A program made the position numbers and the translations under genes. Below the pieces are notes generated by a model, which ran no database searches, was not told where the DNA came from, and saw only the letters and a list, made by a program, of their open reading frames with translations. From Vermamoeba vermiformis (lineage: Eukaryota): a DNA stretch of 64,000 bases. The DNA is taken from NCBI GenBank assembly GCA_045837725.1, contig JBEWZL010000053.1, forward strand, positions 62,001-126,000, written 5' to 3'. Positions 24,433 to 43,100 of the stretch are shown here, one piece after another; position 1 is the first letter of the stretch, and each line of letters starts with the position of its first letter.

Positions 24433-27400
24433 ATGAACCTTGGCTCATCCCCGCTTTCAAACATTACAAACACTGTAGATGCCAGGCAGAGCACCCAAAA
24501 AATGCAAGTAAATAATAACAAACGGCAACTATCGTTGGATGGGTTTTTGGTAAACAAGAAGCAAAAAACAGGGGCAGATGAGAATGTTTTGTTGTCTCCT
24601 GACACAAAAGACAAGGTAAAAATAATTTCTAATTGAACAATTTATTGTTGATCATGCAAACATCCCCGTGCTTTGTTCAACCTCTTATATTTTAATTAAA
24701 TTCAGGTCAATAAAATCCGAGAAATTATGCCCGAGTTGCCTACACAAAAAGTCGTTGCTGCGCTAAAGAGAAGCAACTCTAATATTGAAGCAGCGACCAT
24801 TGATTTATTAGATGATATTTCATTCCCTGGAAAGGACGTAGAAACCTCTTTTGAGAGTGTAAATGCAGTGGATCTGTCTAACGATCACGATCTCTCAGAT
24901 CCCGTAATCGACGAACGCAATTCGGTGAATAAGGTACAAACTATATCAATGCATACTTATAGATTTTTAATATTGGCGTTAGTTGGTCCAACAAGTCAAA
25001 GAGCTCGTTCCTCAAGCCCCACTCGAAAGAATTCGTGGAGCGTTGGATGCGTGCCAGAATAACATTGAAGAAGCAGTTGATTTGTTACTAGACATCAAGT
25101 CATATAACCCGCGCGAAAAGAAAACCGTCGAACCGATTGACAAACGTGCCTGGGACAACGCAGAAGTGATAGATCTAACTAGCCCTCAACAACCCCTAAA
25201 ACTCAGCCAAAAGATTGTAGTACCTAATTCACCTCTGATTAAACCGAGGACATACCATATATGGAAGTGATGAAGCCGAAGAAGACAATAACATTGATGA
25301 GGAAGACGAACAAGATCGAGATCTGTTCGCGGACGATTTTGAAGATGAAGTAGTAATGTACAGTCCACCAGCTAATAACAAGACTTTCAATAAGAAGCCT
25401 GAAATTAATACAAAACGACGATTAATCGTTGAAGAAGAGGATGACGACTCGTTGTCCGAAATTGATGAAAATTACATTGGGTAAGCAAAGAATAGTACCT
25501 ATCTTAATATATTAACCATGAATAGACATATCCCCGGGCTCAATTTGGCCACAAATAAAGAATATGAAGGAGAGTACCAATTAAAGAACATGTTGGCGAG
25601 GTTACTCGAAGCACAAGATCTGGCCGAGTTAGCTGAAACACCAGCCGATCTTAAAGTTGATTTATATGATTATCAAAAACAAGGCTTGGCTTGGCTATTA
25701 AAACGAGAAAAGTCTCATCCGTCAGGTGGCATTCTTGCGGATCAAATGGGTCTTGGAAAGACGGTGTAAGTCTGACGTTGACTTTTTTTTTGACGATTTT
25801 CTAATTCTATATAGCCAATTAATATCGCTTATTTTGGCTAATCGCCCACAAATCGACAACACAACTTGGATCTCGATAAAAAGGAGTAGTGGAAGCTTCG
25901 AAGTAGCGGGCAGAAAGAAATTGAATAACGATAGAAAAGCCACGCTGATAGTTTGTCCTACGTCATGCGTGAATCAATGGTACAAAGAAGTCACTTCAAA
26001 AACACGAACAGGAGCTTTGTAAGTAGCTCCCCAAATGAACCTTGCCTAAAGTCCGATCTAACCACCAATTTCCTTTTTTAGAACTGCTAGAATTCATTAC
26101 GGAAATACGAGAGTGAAAAAAGCGGAACAATTGTGTCAATATGATGTGGTGATTACTACGTACGGAGTGGTGGCGAACGAAAGTCCGGAAGATCCGGCTA
26201 AATGGGGTCCAACAAGGCTCGTGAAATGGTTTAGAATTATATTAGACGAGGCTCATAATGTGCGCAATCAGAATACAAAGTCTTTTAAGAGCTGTTATAA
26301 CCTCGACAGCCAGATGCGCTGGTGTGTAACAGGTACACAGATCTCGAGATGCAAAATATTTTCAACACTCGCTTATTATTCCATAATCTAGGAACGCCTA
26401 TTCAAAACAAGATTGAAGATCTGCAAAGTTTAATGAAAATTATTCGCTACGAGTACGGTGATATAAATAATTGGAAAGCGTCGATCGGATCAAAAGACGG
26501 ACACAAGCGCGTTCAAGTAAGCCACTAATCCGTGCTATATATTGAGCTAATAATTATCTAGGGCATATTATCGCCGATTTTGCTTTGTCGTACCAAAAAT
26601 ACGAAATTCCTTGGCAAACCCATCATTGAACTGCCTGCAAGAAATGTTGTCATTCGCGAAATCGAGCTTGCCGATACAGTACGAACATTATATATATATA
26701 TTCTGAGTATTAATACCATATTAATTCAGTTGTTGTAGGAAGGAGTTGAGTATAAGCAGCTGGAGGAACAATCCAAGAACAAGTTCAACGATTATTTGCG
26801 CGCTGGTCTCGTTAAAAACTTCCAAAATGTGCTTACGCTGCTATTAAGATTACGACAAATGTGCGATCATCCGTATTTGGTTAAGCGAAATTTACTCAGC
26901 TCATCTGGATCTGATCTCAGCCAGAAAAACGTTGACTCCGACATTTGCTCAATATGTAAGGACAATGAACATCCTTATTCTCGTATATTAATATGGGTAG
27001 GTTTTGATGTCCCTGAAGAACCGACGTACACGCCTTGCGGTCACTTATTCTGCAAGCAATGTTTGTACGGCGAATTCGAAAAAGACATTGATGCGTACGA
27101 ACAAACTCTGTGCCCAACTTGTAAAACCTTTGTGGTAAGTAGATATAGGTCGTAATAGACCCGTTTTAATGAATAATTTAGACCGAAGATAAATTGCTAT
27201 CACCTACGAAAAAGAAGCAGATCAGCAAAACTAGCCATTTGAATCAAAGCACTAAAATTAGAGTATGTTAAATATGTTAGATGTACTACAACACTAATAT
27301 TAATAGGCCTTAATGGAAGAGTTGAACAAAGCGAAGAAAACCGATCCGAAATTCAAGGCTATTATTTTCAGTCAATGGACTTCGTGAGCATAATCTTACA

Positions 27401-27981
27401 TATAGTAAACGAGTGCAATATTAACATTACTTTTCAGAATGTTGGATCTGGTCGAGGCAGTACTGAACGAGAATAAGTGGAAGTACGGCAGGCTCGATGG
27501 CGAGATGCTGCTTAATCACCGAACAGCTGAACTGGAGAGATTTAAAAAGACGAGTGATTGTAACTTGCTGCTAATGTCGCTGAAAGTTGGTGGTGTTGGA
27601 TTGAACGTAACTGAAGCCAATTACGTGTACTTGTTGGATCCGTGGTGGAATCGTAAGAAATCAGTTCATTGCCTAATATCCGTATTTACCGTTATATATT
27701 AGCTGCTATTGAGGAACAAGCCATTGACAGAGTTCATCGTGTTGGCCAAAAGAAGCCAGTACACGTCGTTCGATTTATTATCAAAGTAAGCCAAATAACA
27801 TTATTTTCCCATGAATGTATGTCCAATTACGCGTATTAATTAATGAATGTAGGATTCGGTTGAAAAGAGAATCTTGGCGCTGCAAGAAAAGAAAAGGGCG
27901 ATCGCGGATGGAGCGTTAGGAGCGTCTCAATCGAGCGCTAGCAGATTAACTGAGCGAGACTTGATGGAGTTGTTCGCTTAG
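24433..27981 (+). CDS. SNF2 helicase with internal RING (Rad5/16-Ris1/Uls1 class) and N-terminal CUE-like repeats (one +1 frameshift near 25245)
   Basis: [90 protein letters not shown]. Confidence 0.9.
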
Positions 27982-28139
27982 AGGCACATCACTTCATGTA
28001 AATAAATTCAGACTTGCTATCTCTCAACCCAACTAAGACCACGTGACAATCCAAAAATGGAAACAATCACTTTTTGCTCGGATTTCTGTCATACCATTAT
28101 TTTCAACGATAACGACCGAGTCCACAAGCGGTATTAATC

Positions 28140-29131
28140 ATGCATAAAAGTATTTTTGTCTTGTCGGTCGTTTTGTTTTTTATGACCCTTTACCAACCCG
28201 CTGTCGGCGGTTTTACGGCTTCAATCAATTATTCTGACGACAATTGCACTATACCCATTGGAAGATTTATTGCAAGTACCACATAATTTTTAAACTTGCC
28301 CTTCTTTTGTTCGGATTCAAATCCAAAATTATTTATAAATTGTCTTTGTCTTGACCGTAAATTAATTATTTAAATAATAGTCAGGTGGAACATCGTGCCC
28401 TGCTAAAAGAAATATTGAACAAACCGACTGTTTACCTGTGCCAGGAAGTCCTAATTTTTATCGAGAGGATGCAATTACGTTTTGTAATGATACAAAACCC
28501 CCTGCAGCCCCTGAAGGCTGGTATTCCATATATTTGTACTTCGGCTTAAATACATGCACTAGTACCAAAGTAGTGAATTTGATTCAAAGTAAGCTGAAAC
28601 GATCTTCTCGCTTTGGCGATTTTTAACTCTTTTTAGTCAGCCAAATAAGCAGCGAGATTAGAATGATGGCCAATATTCTTAGCCTTGGTCTTCAGCCATG
28701 GAATGTATCAGGAGCTTGTAACAATGAGACCGGAGTAATTACCGCAAAAGCTTGCGCTAATCTGGGTGGCTATAACTTCTGTCCTTCTGGCGACTTTTCT
28801 TCTGAATGCACCTATAACAGTAATTATCAAGCAGCTGGATATCAACTTGGCTGCGACGCTAATTCAGGTAACGCTTCAAAATTTAAAAATTGACACTTTG
28901 GATCCAAAATTTGCTCTCTTCTCTATCAGCTCAGGCATACCAATGCCAATACCAGTGAATATGCGTAATAATTTTACAATTTTAGTGCCTGTTGCTCCGC
29001 CAGTATCCCCACCAACAGCCGTTCCTCAATCTGTCCCTTCGATGCCTTCTTCTTCGTTGCAAAATTCAGGCGCTAAATTAACGAGCTATATGGCTGCAGC
29101 TTTTATAATGGCTGTACTAATCCAAATATAA
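28140..29131 (+). CDS. Cys-rich secreted, probably GPI-anchored surface protein
   Basis: N-terminal signal peptide, Cys-rich body, Pro/Ser linker (VAPPVSPPTAVPQSVPS) and hydrophobic C-terminus (AAAFIMAVLIQI). Confidence 0.6.
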
Positions 29132-29387
29132 TAATGCCCTCGTCAGGTCGAAAATGTTCAGCAAAGACCAAACGTTGTTAGGTAATAAAGAATAGTTGAA
29201 TACTAGTATTACAGTATTGCAATACTAGAAGTAGAAATAATAATACTGCCAAAAAAAAGTGAGCGGAAACGTGGTTGTGGTGATCTTACAAATTTCTGGC
29301 GGTTTTGCGCACGTGCTCGAGTCTTCGGCCATAAAGACACAACTGGCCGGTCAGTTTTTGGTTTTTATTCTCAAAAAGAGGCCAGAA

Positions 29388-31461
29388 ATGGACCTCTCAT
29401 CACTTGAAAATGAATTGAAGAGTCTCGAAGAGCTGCACAACCAAGGATGGGTAGGTGAAACTGAGTACATCCGCCGAAAAGAAGAGCTCATTGCGGCCAT
29501 CGAGCTTGCTAAATTGGACGATAGCAGCGATGATGAAAACGCAGAAGATAATCAAATTTTGAACGAGCCAAATGAAGAACCGGATGCATTAAATTTAGAA
29601 AATCATAAGAACGAACAAATTACTAATACCAACGATGAAAATAATTACCAAAATAATTATCAAGAATTATCATCCACAAATAAACCAGATCCGGTGGCAA
29701 CAAAACCGAATCAAGTAAAACAGGTTCCCGCTGCAAAAGAGAAAAATGAATCAATTGAAGAGGACGAAGAAATCGATCCTTATGATATGGACACAAAGTA
29801 TGATCCTGTGGAAGAGGAAAGAAAAAAACGAGAGGTAAGATCTTGTCACACGAGTACCGACGATACATTGCCTAACGTTCTAATGCAGAAAAAATCCGGC
29901 GTTAAAGAGTATGCCACTTACAAAGAATATTTACAACACAATCCTCCACAAGAACATTTGCGAGAGGACGCTGAGGAACCCGTTGTTGCACGATCCCACG
30001 CTGATTCTGCACCAAGTACAACTTCTGTCCGCAGTCGCGGTGGCCGAGTAATGGTCCGCGCACCTCGCGGTCAACCAACGTAAGTAATTTGGCCACAAAA
30101 TAATCATCTGAAGCTAACCGTAACCGCTCCAAACAGCGTCGTCAAGGAAGTTGAAAAGCCGCTCGAACGAAAGCCACAACCTGTAAATAGAACACCAAAA
30201 TCAACACCCACAAAACAACCCGTGAAAAAGAATTTATTCTCGTATTTGGACGAAGAGACCCTCGAGCCAAAAAAGACTGAGGAAAGTACTGAACCCAAGG
30301 TTGAAGACTTTAACGCAAACGCTCGTGCATCCATCTTCGCTACAGAGGATCTCGTCGCACAAAACAACAACACAAAGCACGATGAAGCGCTCGAGAGTCA
30401 ACCAAAACAAAAATCCAAGGCAGAAAAAGATAAGCCAGTTGTATATATTAGTGATCGTGAATCGGACGATAGTGCATTCTACGACACGATCAAGGGACCT
30501 GATACACCTACTCAAGACATTCAAGCCACTTGGGAGAAGTAAGTACCGAGATTTTGCTCGAAAAGTTTACTAATGACTGGCGTCTAGGTTACAATTAGAA
30601 TACGCTTCCAAGTTAGTTTTGAAGAATAAAGAAGAGTGGGTCGTGTCAAGAAAGAGTCCTCTATGCAATATCAAGTATGTCGGTGGATTTGACATCTCAT
30701 TCCCCAAAGGAAACAAAATTGACGCGTGCGTGTGCTTGGCGGTAGTTCGCTACTCGGACCAACGAGTAAGTCTCCCCTTTTGATGTCGTATTTCAAGTCC
30801 TAACATGTTGTAGGTCGTGTTTGCTGCCTATAAAATGATCAAGCTTAAGCTGCCTTACATTCCTGGCTTGTTAAACTTCCGCGAAGTCCCGCATTACATC
30901 ACACTTTTGAACGAAATCAAGAATCATCCTGATTACAAACAGTACATACCCGACATTATTATGGTCGACGGCAATGGTATCTTGCATACCCGAGGTTAGT
31001 TTATTTAACAACTGGTTATTAGTACCGTAGACTAATGTAAATAGGTTGTGGCGCCGCGTGTCAACTTGGATACTTGGCCGACATTCCTTGTCTCGGAGTT
31101 GCGAAGAAATTGCTTACAGTCGACGGTATTACATTAAAACAAATCGATCAACAGTTTGCCAAAGAAGGTGGCAAGTTCGCGAAGATCATTGGCATCATCC
31201 GGAAAACTTCACGGAATGGCAAGTTGGCACGAGGAAAGAACCGTTGAATAATGAATTAATACCCACCTTTACTAGGCATTTAAAGCTACTCCTCGAGATG
31301 ATGTATTATTCGTGTCTTGTGGCCACCTGATCGATATGGATACGACAGCAGCGTTGGTCGAACAATGCACTTTGATCGGATCCCCCGAGCCAGTCAAGCA
31401 AGCAGATCTTTTATCGCGGCAATATATTAAGGACCATTTTCAAATAAAAGAGCAGCCTTAG
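29388..31461 (+). CDS. ENDOV: Endonuclease V with long N-terminal extension (one +1 frameshift near 31194)
   Basis: YVGGFDISF, LPYIPGLLNFRE, IMVDGNGILH.RG, GAACQLG..DIPCLGVAK, FVSCGH, PEPVKQADL. Confidence 0.9.
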
Positions 31462-31664
31462 TTTCCAGAAGTCTCCGAAGCACGGCACATTCCAAAAAAC
31501 GGAAGCTTGGAATTTTCCCTTTTATGGAAATTTGACCGAAGCAAAAAGTCACGCTCCGTCTCCCCCACTCAAAAACTATTTATTCGCAAGAGACAAACAC
31601 CAAACTGTTCAAGTCACTTACCACAACAACACTACTCTTAGTACTTTTCTTAGTAACAATCACA

Positions 31665-32517
31665 ATGACCTCTGCAGTTCAACAAGCTACATTCGGAGGC
31701 GGATGCTTCTGGGGCATGGAAAAGTTTTTTAGAAAGGAATTTCCTAAATTAAAGTCAATAGCCGTCGGATATATGGGCGGAAGCAAGAAAAATCCCACTT
31801 ACAACGTAAGTTTAGTCGCAAAGACGAAAACAAATCTGCGTGCCCTAAAATCATTTACAATTTATTACGTGGTGCGAGTGAATAATTAATACTGTGTTCG
31901 GTAATTAAATATTAATCGGCATTTAGCGAAATATAAACTTTCACATTTGGACGCTGTAATATCTCTTTGACTTATTTTTAAGTTTCTGTTGTTGTATCCG
32001 TCTTCAAACTTACTTACACTGGTCTTTTAGGATGTTTGCGATGGTGACACAGGCCATGCCGAAGTCATACACGTTGAATTTGACCCTGCTGATGTTAAAT
32101 ACCACGATTTATTGACTTTGTTCTTCCGCATGCACAATCCCACCACCCTGAACAGACAAGGCAATGATACGGGTAAGTGCACGATAAAGCAACCATAATT
32201 ACACGAGAAAAAAATATTTTTAGTGTTATACCTTGGTTCCTTATTTACCGGGCGATAGTCACCCAATCCCTTTTGCTCAATCTGACTAACCTTGCTTCGT
32301 AGGAACACAATATCGATCAGTTATTTTCTACCACTCGAAGGATCAAAAGGAAGAGGCTAAGAAATTTATGTCTGACCTGGAGCAGTCTAAAAAATTCAAA
32401 GATCCGCTCGTGACCACACTGGAAAAAGCAGGAACTTTCTACACCGCTGAGGATTATCACCAACGCTACCTTGAAAAGAATCCCGGTGGCTACTGCAACC
32501 ATAGGTTCTACTGGTAG
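31665..32517 (+). CDS. msrA: Peptide methionine sulfoxide reductase A (Cys type)
   Basis: [69 protein letters not shown]. Confidence 0.95.
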
Positions 32518-32819
32518 ACGGTTTGGTTGGCAAGCACCACTTTCTTACTGAAGATTCGAATGCGAGGAGCAAATCTGCAATAACTTGTATAGGTACCGGA
32601 ATATTAAACGGTTGTAATTAGATGTTAATACAAATAGTGTGAGTCATCTGTGGTGTTCTAGTTCTTATCGATTGTTCTAGAAATATTTGTAACGGTTAGT
32701 TTTTAACTCGCGTCAAGTTGACATGTTTCTCTCGCGTAATTTCGAAATTGTAATTGATTATTCAAATTGATGTATAGAACACGATGTATAGATTTTATAG
32801 GAGGTAGAATCGCAGCACT

Positions 32820-36999
<4,180 letters not shown>

Positions 37000-37135
37000 T
37001 TTTATCTTAAGATTGTAGTATCCTGTACATAGTTAAAAGTTTTGGTTGCATAGCGGTTTCCTAGATCTGCCAAATGTCACAAATGTCATAACCGTCACCG
37101 GCAAAAAGCATGTTCTATTAATTTCGATTTCGTTC

Positions 37136-40100
37136 ATGCGCACCACAATTATCATCGCTCTCTTATTTAGTGTGCTCTGCTTCAGTAATGCGCAAAATAT
37201 TGAGGTAGTAACGGAAGAGCTGTGCTCGCCAAATAAGCTTGATGAAACCTTTACTTGGTAAGTAAACAAATTGTATATTAATTAGAATTATATCGTGTCG
37301 TTATTTCATTTTGTTATGGATCCAAATTTAACAAAATCTAGATCTTTGCTGGAAAACAATATTTAATTGTTCTAATGCCGTAGGTGCATGAATGGAGCGC
37401 TTAATAGAATTCCCTATCGGTTAAACTACCCTTGGGAGTATGCTAACATTACAAAACCAATTTGCGAACAAAGCGGACCGACTGCTGGCCGTCTGTATGA
37501 TGATTGTTACGTAAGAAAATACTCAAATTATTCATTTATATTTTTAAAATATTAATTAATGGCAATGACCCCCAGGCAATAGAAAAAGTGGCTTTTGGCG
37601 AGCTAGAAAATGCTAGCATGCCAAATAACGAGTTTAAAACAGCAAGATTATTATTTATTTTGACGACTAGTCATCAAGTTATAATTAAAGAGTTAAACAC
37701 GGAGTTGGTGAGTTAAGATCCTAAATTGAAAAACGGATTGGCTTTACTCCGTTTCTTCAACCGTTCAAACCCAATAATAATGTTTCAAATTACTAGGATA
37801 TTTTTAGAAAGACCTTAAAAGGCACGACAGACTTTCACAATGATGGAATGTTCTCGATCCAGCTTGGTTCACAAAAAGTCGCTTTAATTTTTAGCGATTA
37901 TGATACCGGAACGAATATAGTATGGATAGTATATTCTGATTGGATATACAAAGAGTATATATGTAAGAAATCGATGCAGAATCAAAAAGAACTGGTTAAT
38001 CTTACTGAGCTATTTTTAGGGACAATTCCAGCGGATCAAGGATGCTCTCCGATAATTATATCAACAACTGCGTTTGTTATTAACGTTGATACAAGTATGT
38101 CATTTATTTATTATTATGTTCTGAGGTCTAATTTATTATTAATTTTCATTGAACGAACAGTTGACATTGTCAATTCAGTGAAACAGTGCGGAAGAAGTTA
38201 TTTATATTTCAGCAAGAAAATTAACGGCGAAATAACGTATTACAAAAGAATTCTGATTGAAAATGACGATGCTAATAGCGCAGTCCGAGTGAAACATATT
38301 CAATATCCGCATCAAACAGGATCTATTGATTATATAGTCCTGCATGATGCTAGTCGTGTTCATATACTAGCACATAACGATCTCGAACAAGGTACGTGTG
38401 ACTTCGGAAATTAATAGATTTGACACGTGTCATCGAAAATGTCACTTGCTAATGCGATTATTTGTAGTCGATTCTATTGATTGGAGAGATCCTGGACGAT
38501 TAACGACATTCTTTGCAATTACGGAGAATGAAGAAGGAGAAAAAATTACAAATTTATCACCGTTAGTGTTACCAACACAATCAGGCTTGAACGTACGTTC
38601 AAATTAATCCTCGTCATTCTTTCTTTCAAAATTCTAAGCACAATTCCTAGAATTTTTGGCTTGCTATTGGCTATACTAACAGCCGTGCAATCAATTCACT
38701 GAAACTCGTTTTGTTGGCTGATTTCAACCAGCTGGATCCAAGTCGTGTTCACATCAATAACCCCGCTGGAAAGTAAGTAGTACATAATAACTATTATGAG
38801 TCCTAAGAGTTCATTTTAGATCTGCTCCATGCGCAAATCCAAACTTCTATCGAACCCCTGATCATCGCTGTCAACTGCGCTTTTCGTACAGCCACAGCAT
38901 TAACATTGCCAATGATGCGAAGGTACTTTCAATATTAAAATATATCAGTTTAATAAGGGCTATTAATGACTGGTTTACAGATTGAAGAAGTGATCGCCAG
39001 AAATATCAGACCTGTTGAATTAATCGGTAGTCGCGAGACGAGTCCAAATCTTGGCTTGGCACTTTTTCACGACCGCATGAAATCGAACGCGTCTTATACG
39101 GCGATATTTATAGCTGCTGGTCGAAGACTATGGGTCCTTGGTCTATCCGAGAAACAATTCGAGGTACGGATCTACTACCTACTCCCAAGTCCCAGTACTT
39201 ATCATATTATAGAATGATTATGGAGGTAGCATCATGTTTGACGAGATGATTACGTTCTTGTACATTGGAAAGATCAACAGTTTGGCTGTGAGTGAGAACG
39301 GAATGCACGTGTTCAGCTCGATGAGCAGATCCAACTACGAATTGCAATCGATGACACGAACGGCTGAAGCATGCAAGATGGTCTATGTGTGGCATAATCA
39401 AACAGATAATAATCATCTGTATCAAATGTATTGGGACGGCGATATTAGTTTCGACTGCTACAGAGCAAAGTAAGCGGAAAAATTCGTAGCTACCTCTTAA
39501 CTTAATTTTTTTTTCACTATAGAGAGGTCAATCTCAACGAATTCCTTCAATATGCCTCGCTGTGTCCTTCACTCGGCGCTTATTGCTATTCCTTCTCGTC
39601 TAATGTGTTTCGAGGAGTCAATCCAGGCTATTACACAGTCAATTCTTATCAAGAGGTATGACGAGCTCTACTAAGAGTTAATAGTGCCCGACGAGTACTA
39701 ACGTCTCGCTAGCTTGTTGTGTGATCCAGGCAGCTACTGTCCCGGTGGGTTGGGCATGAAGTTGCCATGTCCAGCTGGCTATCAATGTCCGAGTAAGACT
39801 TCCTTTAGCTTCAATAAGATGAGCCTTATTTCTAACGCGTTATTCTGGTAGCTACCGGTCTTACAGCGCCATTGATATGTCCTGCAAGTTCAGCAAAGTC
39901 TCGTACGTGTTATATTCCTGGCAGTGTTCGTCCACGAGATTGTACCGACGGCAATGTAAGAGATGATCATTTTACGGCAAGCGTATCCAATACTAACCGA
40001 CTGTTATATTAGGTCTGTATCACGGCTTATACTACGCCTATCCCAGCTCCTCCTGGCTATTACACAGCAACACTATTGGAGCGGTAAGTGAAGATGTTAA

Positions 40101-43100
40101 TACAAGTGAAAGTTGTACTCATGTTGAGCAGTCGGGAGTACCATGGTTTGTTTAAGCGGTGCGCACTTGGCGAGTACTGTCCTTTGGCTCGTTCAGTGTA
40201 CCAGACTCGTTTGTGTCCGGAGAACAGCTACTGTCTCACTCCCGAGGTTTTGTTGCCGAATGAGTGCCCGTGCGAGGTAGAATACGACAAAGATCATCAT
40301 GTAACGGGACGTCATTGGTACGTGTCACATCGTCATGTGGCCCAACCACTAACACTTCAATAGTTCTTACTGCCCTGGTGGCCAATTTGCACCGGATGAT
40401 TGTCCTGCAGGATTTTATTGCGACACTCCTTTGAGTAAAGTTCAATGTCAACCCAGTAAGCAAAAAAAAATTATGAAAAAAATGCAATGCTATTGGCTAA
40501 CCGAGCTCATTTTAGCTACTTATTGTCCAAATGGAACAAAAATTCCGTTGCTATGCCCGCCCGGAAATTATTGTCCGAGACCTGACATTAAAATCACATG
40601 TCCTGAAGGAAACTTCTGCCCTATTGGCAGCATAACTTTTACTAGTAAGTTTTATTTAATACAATCGAATACAATAACTCACGCATTTCCTTTTTAGGTT
40701 GTTCGCCATTTGCGTCTTGTCCTGAAGGAACACAAGACCAAAATGGACTCGAAGTAGTGATATTTTCAGCTATTATTGCTGTCGTTACAGTTGGAGCCTG
40801 GTTCGGTGTCAAGAAATGGAAGGTTTATAAAAAGAAGCAAGCTGAGAACCGTGTGGCAGCGTTGAAAGAAACGAGTGACAAATTGACGACAGTTTTCAAA
40901 GAAAAGACGTTCAAAGTCAACATTGCGTTTAAAAACTTGGCGCTGTCGTTGAACAAAGGCACCAAAAAGAAAATTATCAGCGAGACGACAGGTGTCATTC
41001 GTGCCAGCAAATTGACCGCTATTTTGGGACCTTCGGGCGCCGGAAAAACTGCCTTTTTAGTACGTTAAGCTTTATAAATCACAGCAAGCCCGAGACCTAA
41101 TTTCCATATTAGGAAACACTAGCTGGCAAGGCTCATTACGGAGAGATGCAGGGCGATGTTTTTATTAACGGCGTGTCGTGCCACATTCACCATTTGAAGC
41201 GGTTGTTGGGCTACGTGCCTCCCGATGTACGACTCATTTTGCCATTTAAATCTCCAATACTAACGCTATGATGATTAGGACATTATGCACCATGACTTGA
41301 CTGTGAAACGTGCGTAAAAATTGTGACCGTTAACGAGGTACTAACGTTATTTTTAGAGGTGTTACGATTCTCCGCGGACCTCAGATTGCCTCGTACAACT
41401 TCAAGCAAACAAAAAGACGAAATCGTCAACTCGATCATCAAATTGTTGCGCTTGACAGGTACGTTGTATGTGCTTACCAATGAGGCTATGTGCCTAACTT
41501 GTGATTTGTTTAGATGTTCAAGATGAGCTCATTGGCAATGTGAGTAATCGAGGAATTTCCGGCGGTCAACGCAAACGAGTGAACATTGGTGTCGAGCTCG
41601 TGGCAGACCCGACAATTCTATTTTTAGACGAGCCAACTTCAGGTCTTGATAGCAATAACGGCATGGAAGTCGTGAAAATGTTAAAGAAAATTTCTCGTCT
41701 GGGCCTGACAGTCCTTGCAATTATTCATCAGCCGTAAGTAACCTAATATAGATTGCTATAGTATTGTTTTTAACGTATTATAGTCGCTATGACATATTCT
41801 CTATGTTCGATGAAGTCATTTTGTTCGGACGAGGTGGACGGATCTTGTACATGGGTCCATCGAAAGAAGTATTGCCGTACTTTAAGAACCTTGGATACGA
41901 ATGTCCGACGCACCAAAACCCTGCAGGTATGATCTAATAGCTAAATAAGGAAAACAGGAGTGAGTGACACCTGTCAAAATCTTTCACGCTAATTTTGCTT
42001 GACACGTGTCATTTCGATGTTTGTAACAATCAATCTAATCTTTTATGTTTGCAGATTTTGTGTTAGATGTCATTTGCGGTGAAGTTAAAGCCAAGGCAAA
42101 AGCACCCGTAGATCTGTTATCAGCGTGGAAAGATCACTTCGAAAAAGAATTCGACGAGAAGTACAAGCCGTTCTTCCCTTTGCCTAATGAAGTAATTTAT
42201 GAAAATAACGGCAATAATAACGACAGCAGAATTTCATTGAACGACGGATTTATTGGGTAAGCCAAATATCAAAAAAAAGCCTTCATGTTTCTTGAAGCCA
42301 ATGCAAGATGGACCTTCCTAATATGGTAATTTTGTTTTAGGGACAACAACAGCCAAGAAATGACGTCGTATCGATTACTGGGCTCATCGACGGAGGAGCT
42401 CACTAAGCCAGCAGTTAAATATAACAAGGCTAAGCCTCCCAAAAGACAAGCAGCTTCGTTCTTTAGACAAATTTGGTTGTTTGGATTCAGGTACATTTCC
42501 TTTTTAGGAAATCTCTTATTTATTTTTGCACAAGTTATCAATATATTTCTAATATAACAATAATTTATTCATTATATAATTATGATTTGTTTCTAATGTT
42601 GATATTTATATTAGGTTTTTCTTGCAGCAAGCCAAAGACATCTTCACGCTGATCACAGATGTGCTGTTGGTCCTGATCAGCGCACTCATGTTTGGTCTAC
42701 TATTTAGACACGCCAATTACATCGGTCCTCCACCTGAAGAAACGTGTCAGTCATTGATTAACAAGGACTTTGTCGAGCGATGTCTATATCCGCTTGCAGA
42801 TCCATATCGTAAGTAGCAAAAAATTTGAATCATTTTACCAGGAAGACAGGAGATATACAGATAATGAAAACGGGTTTGCTATTTTTGGATCAGTCACGTG
42901 ATCTAACGGACATAATTTTTGCAGCACAACTGGCGCTATTGACAGGCATCGGTCTCGCTCTTCCAGCAGCAGTCGCAGCCATCAGAATTTTCTCGCCAGA
43001 AAAGCGAATTTATTTCCGCGAAGCAAGTGCTGGTGGATCAACAATAGCATATTTCATCGGAAAAGGTAAGTTCTATTTTCAGCTTCAACTAGATAAGGGA

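Noticed and set aside
30078-30137. Apparent stop or frame break in the EndoV N-terminal extension
   Set aside because: Resolved by intron 30080-30136, which has a CTAAC branch point.
31665-32640. Selenocysteine MsrA or SECIS element
   Set aside because: The active-site codon is TGC and there is no in-frame TGA.
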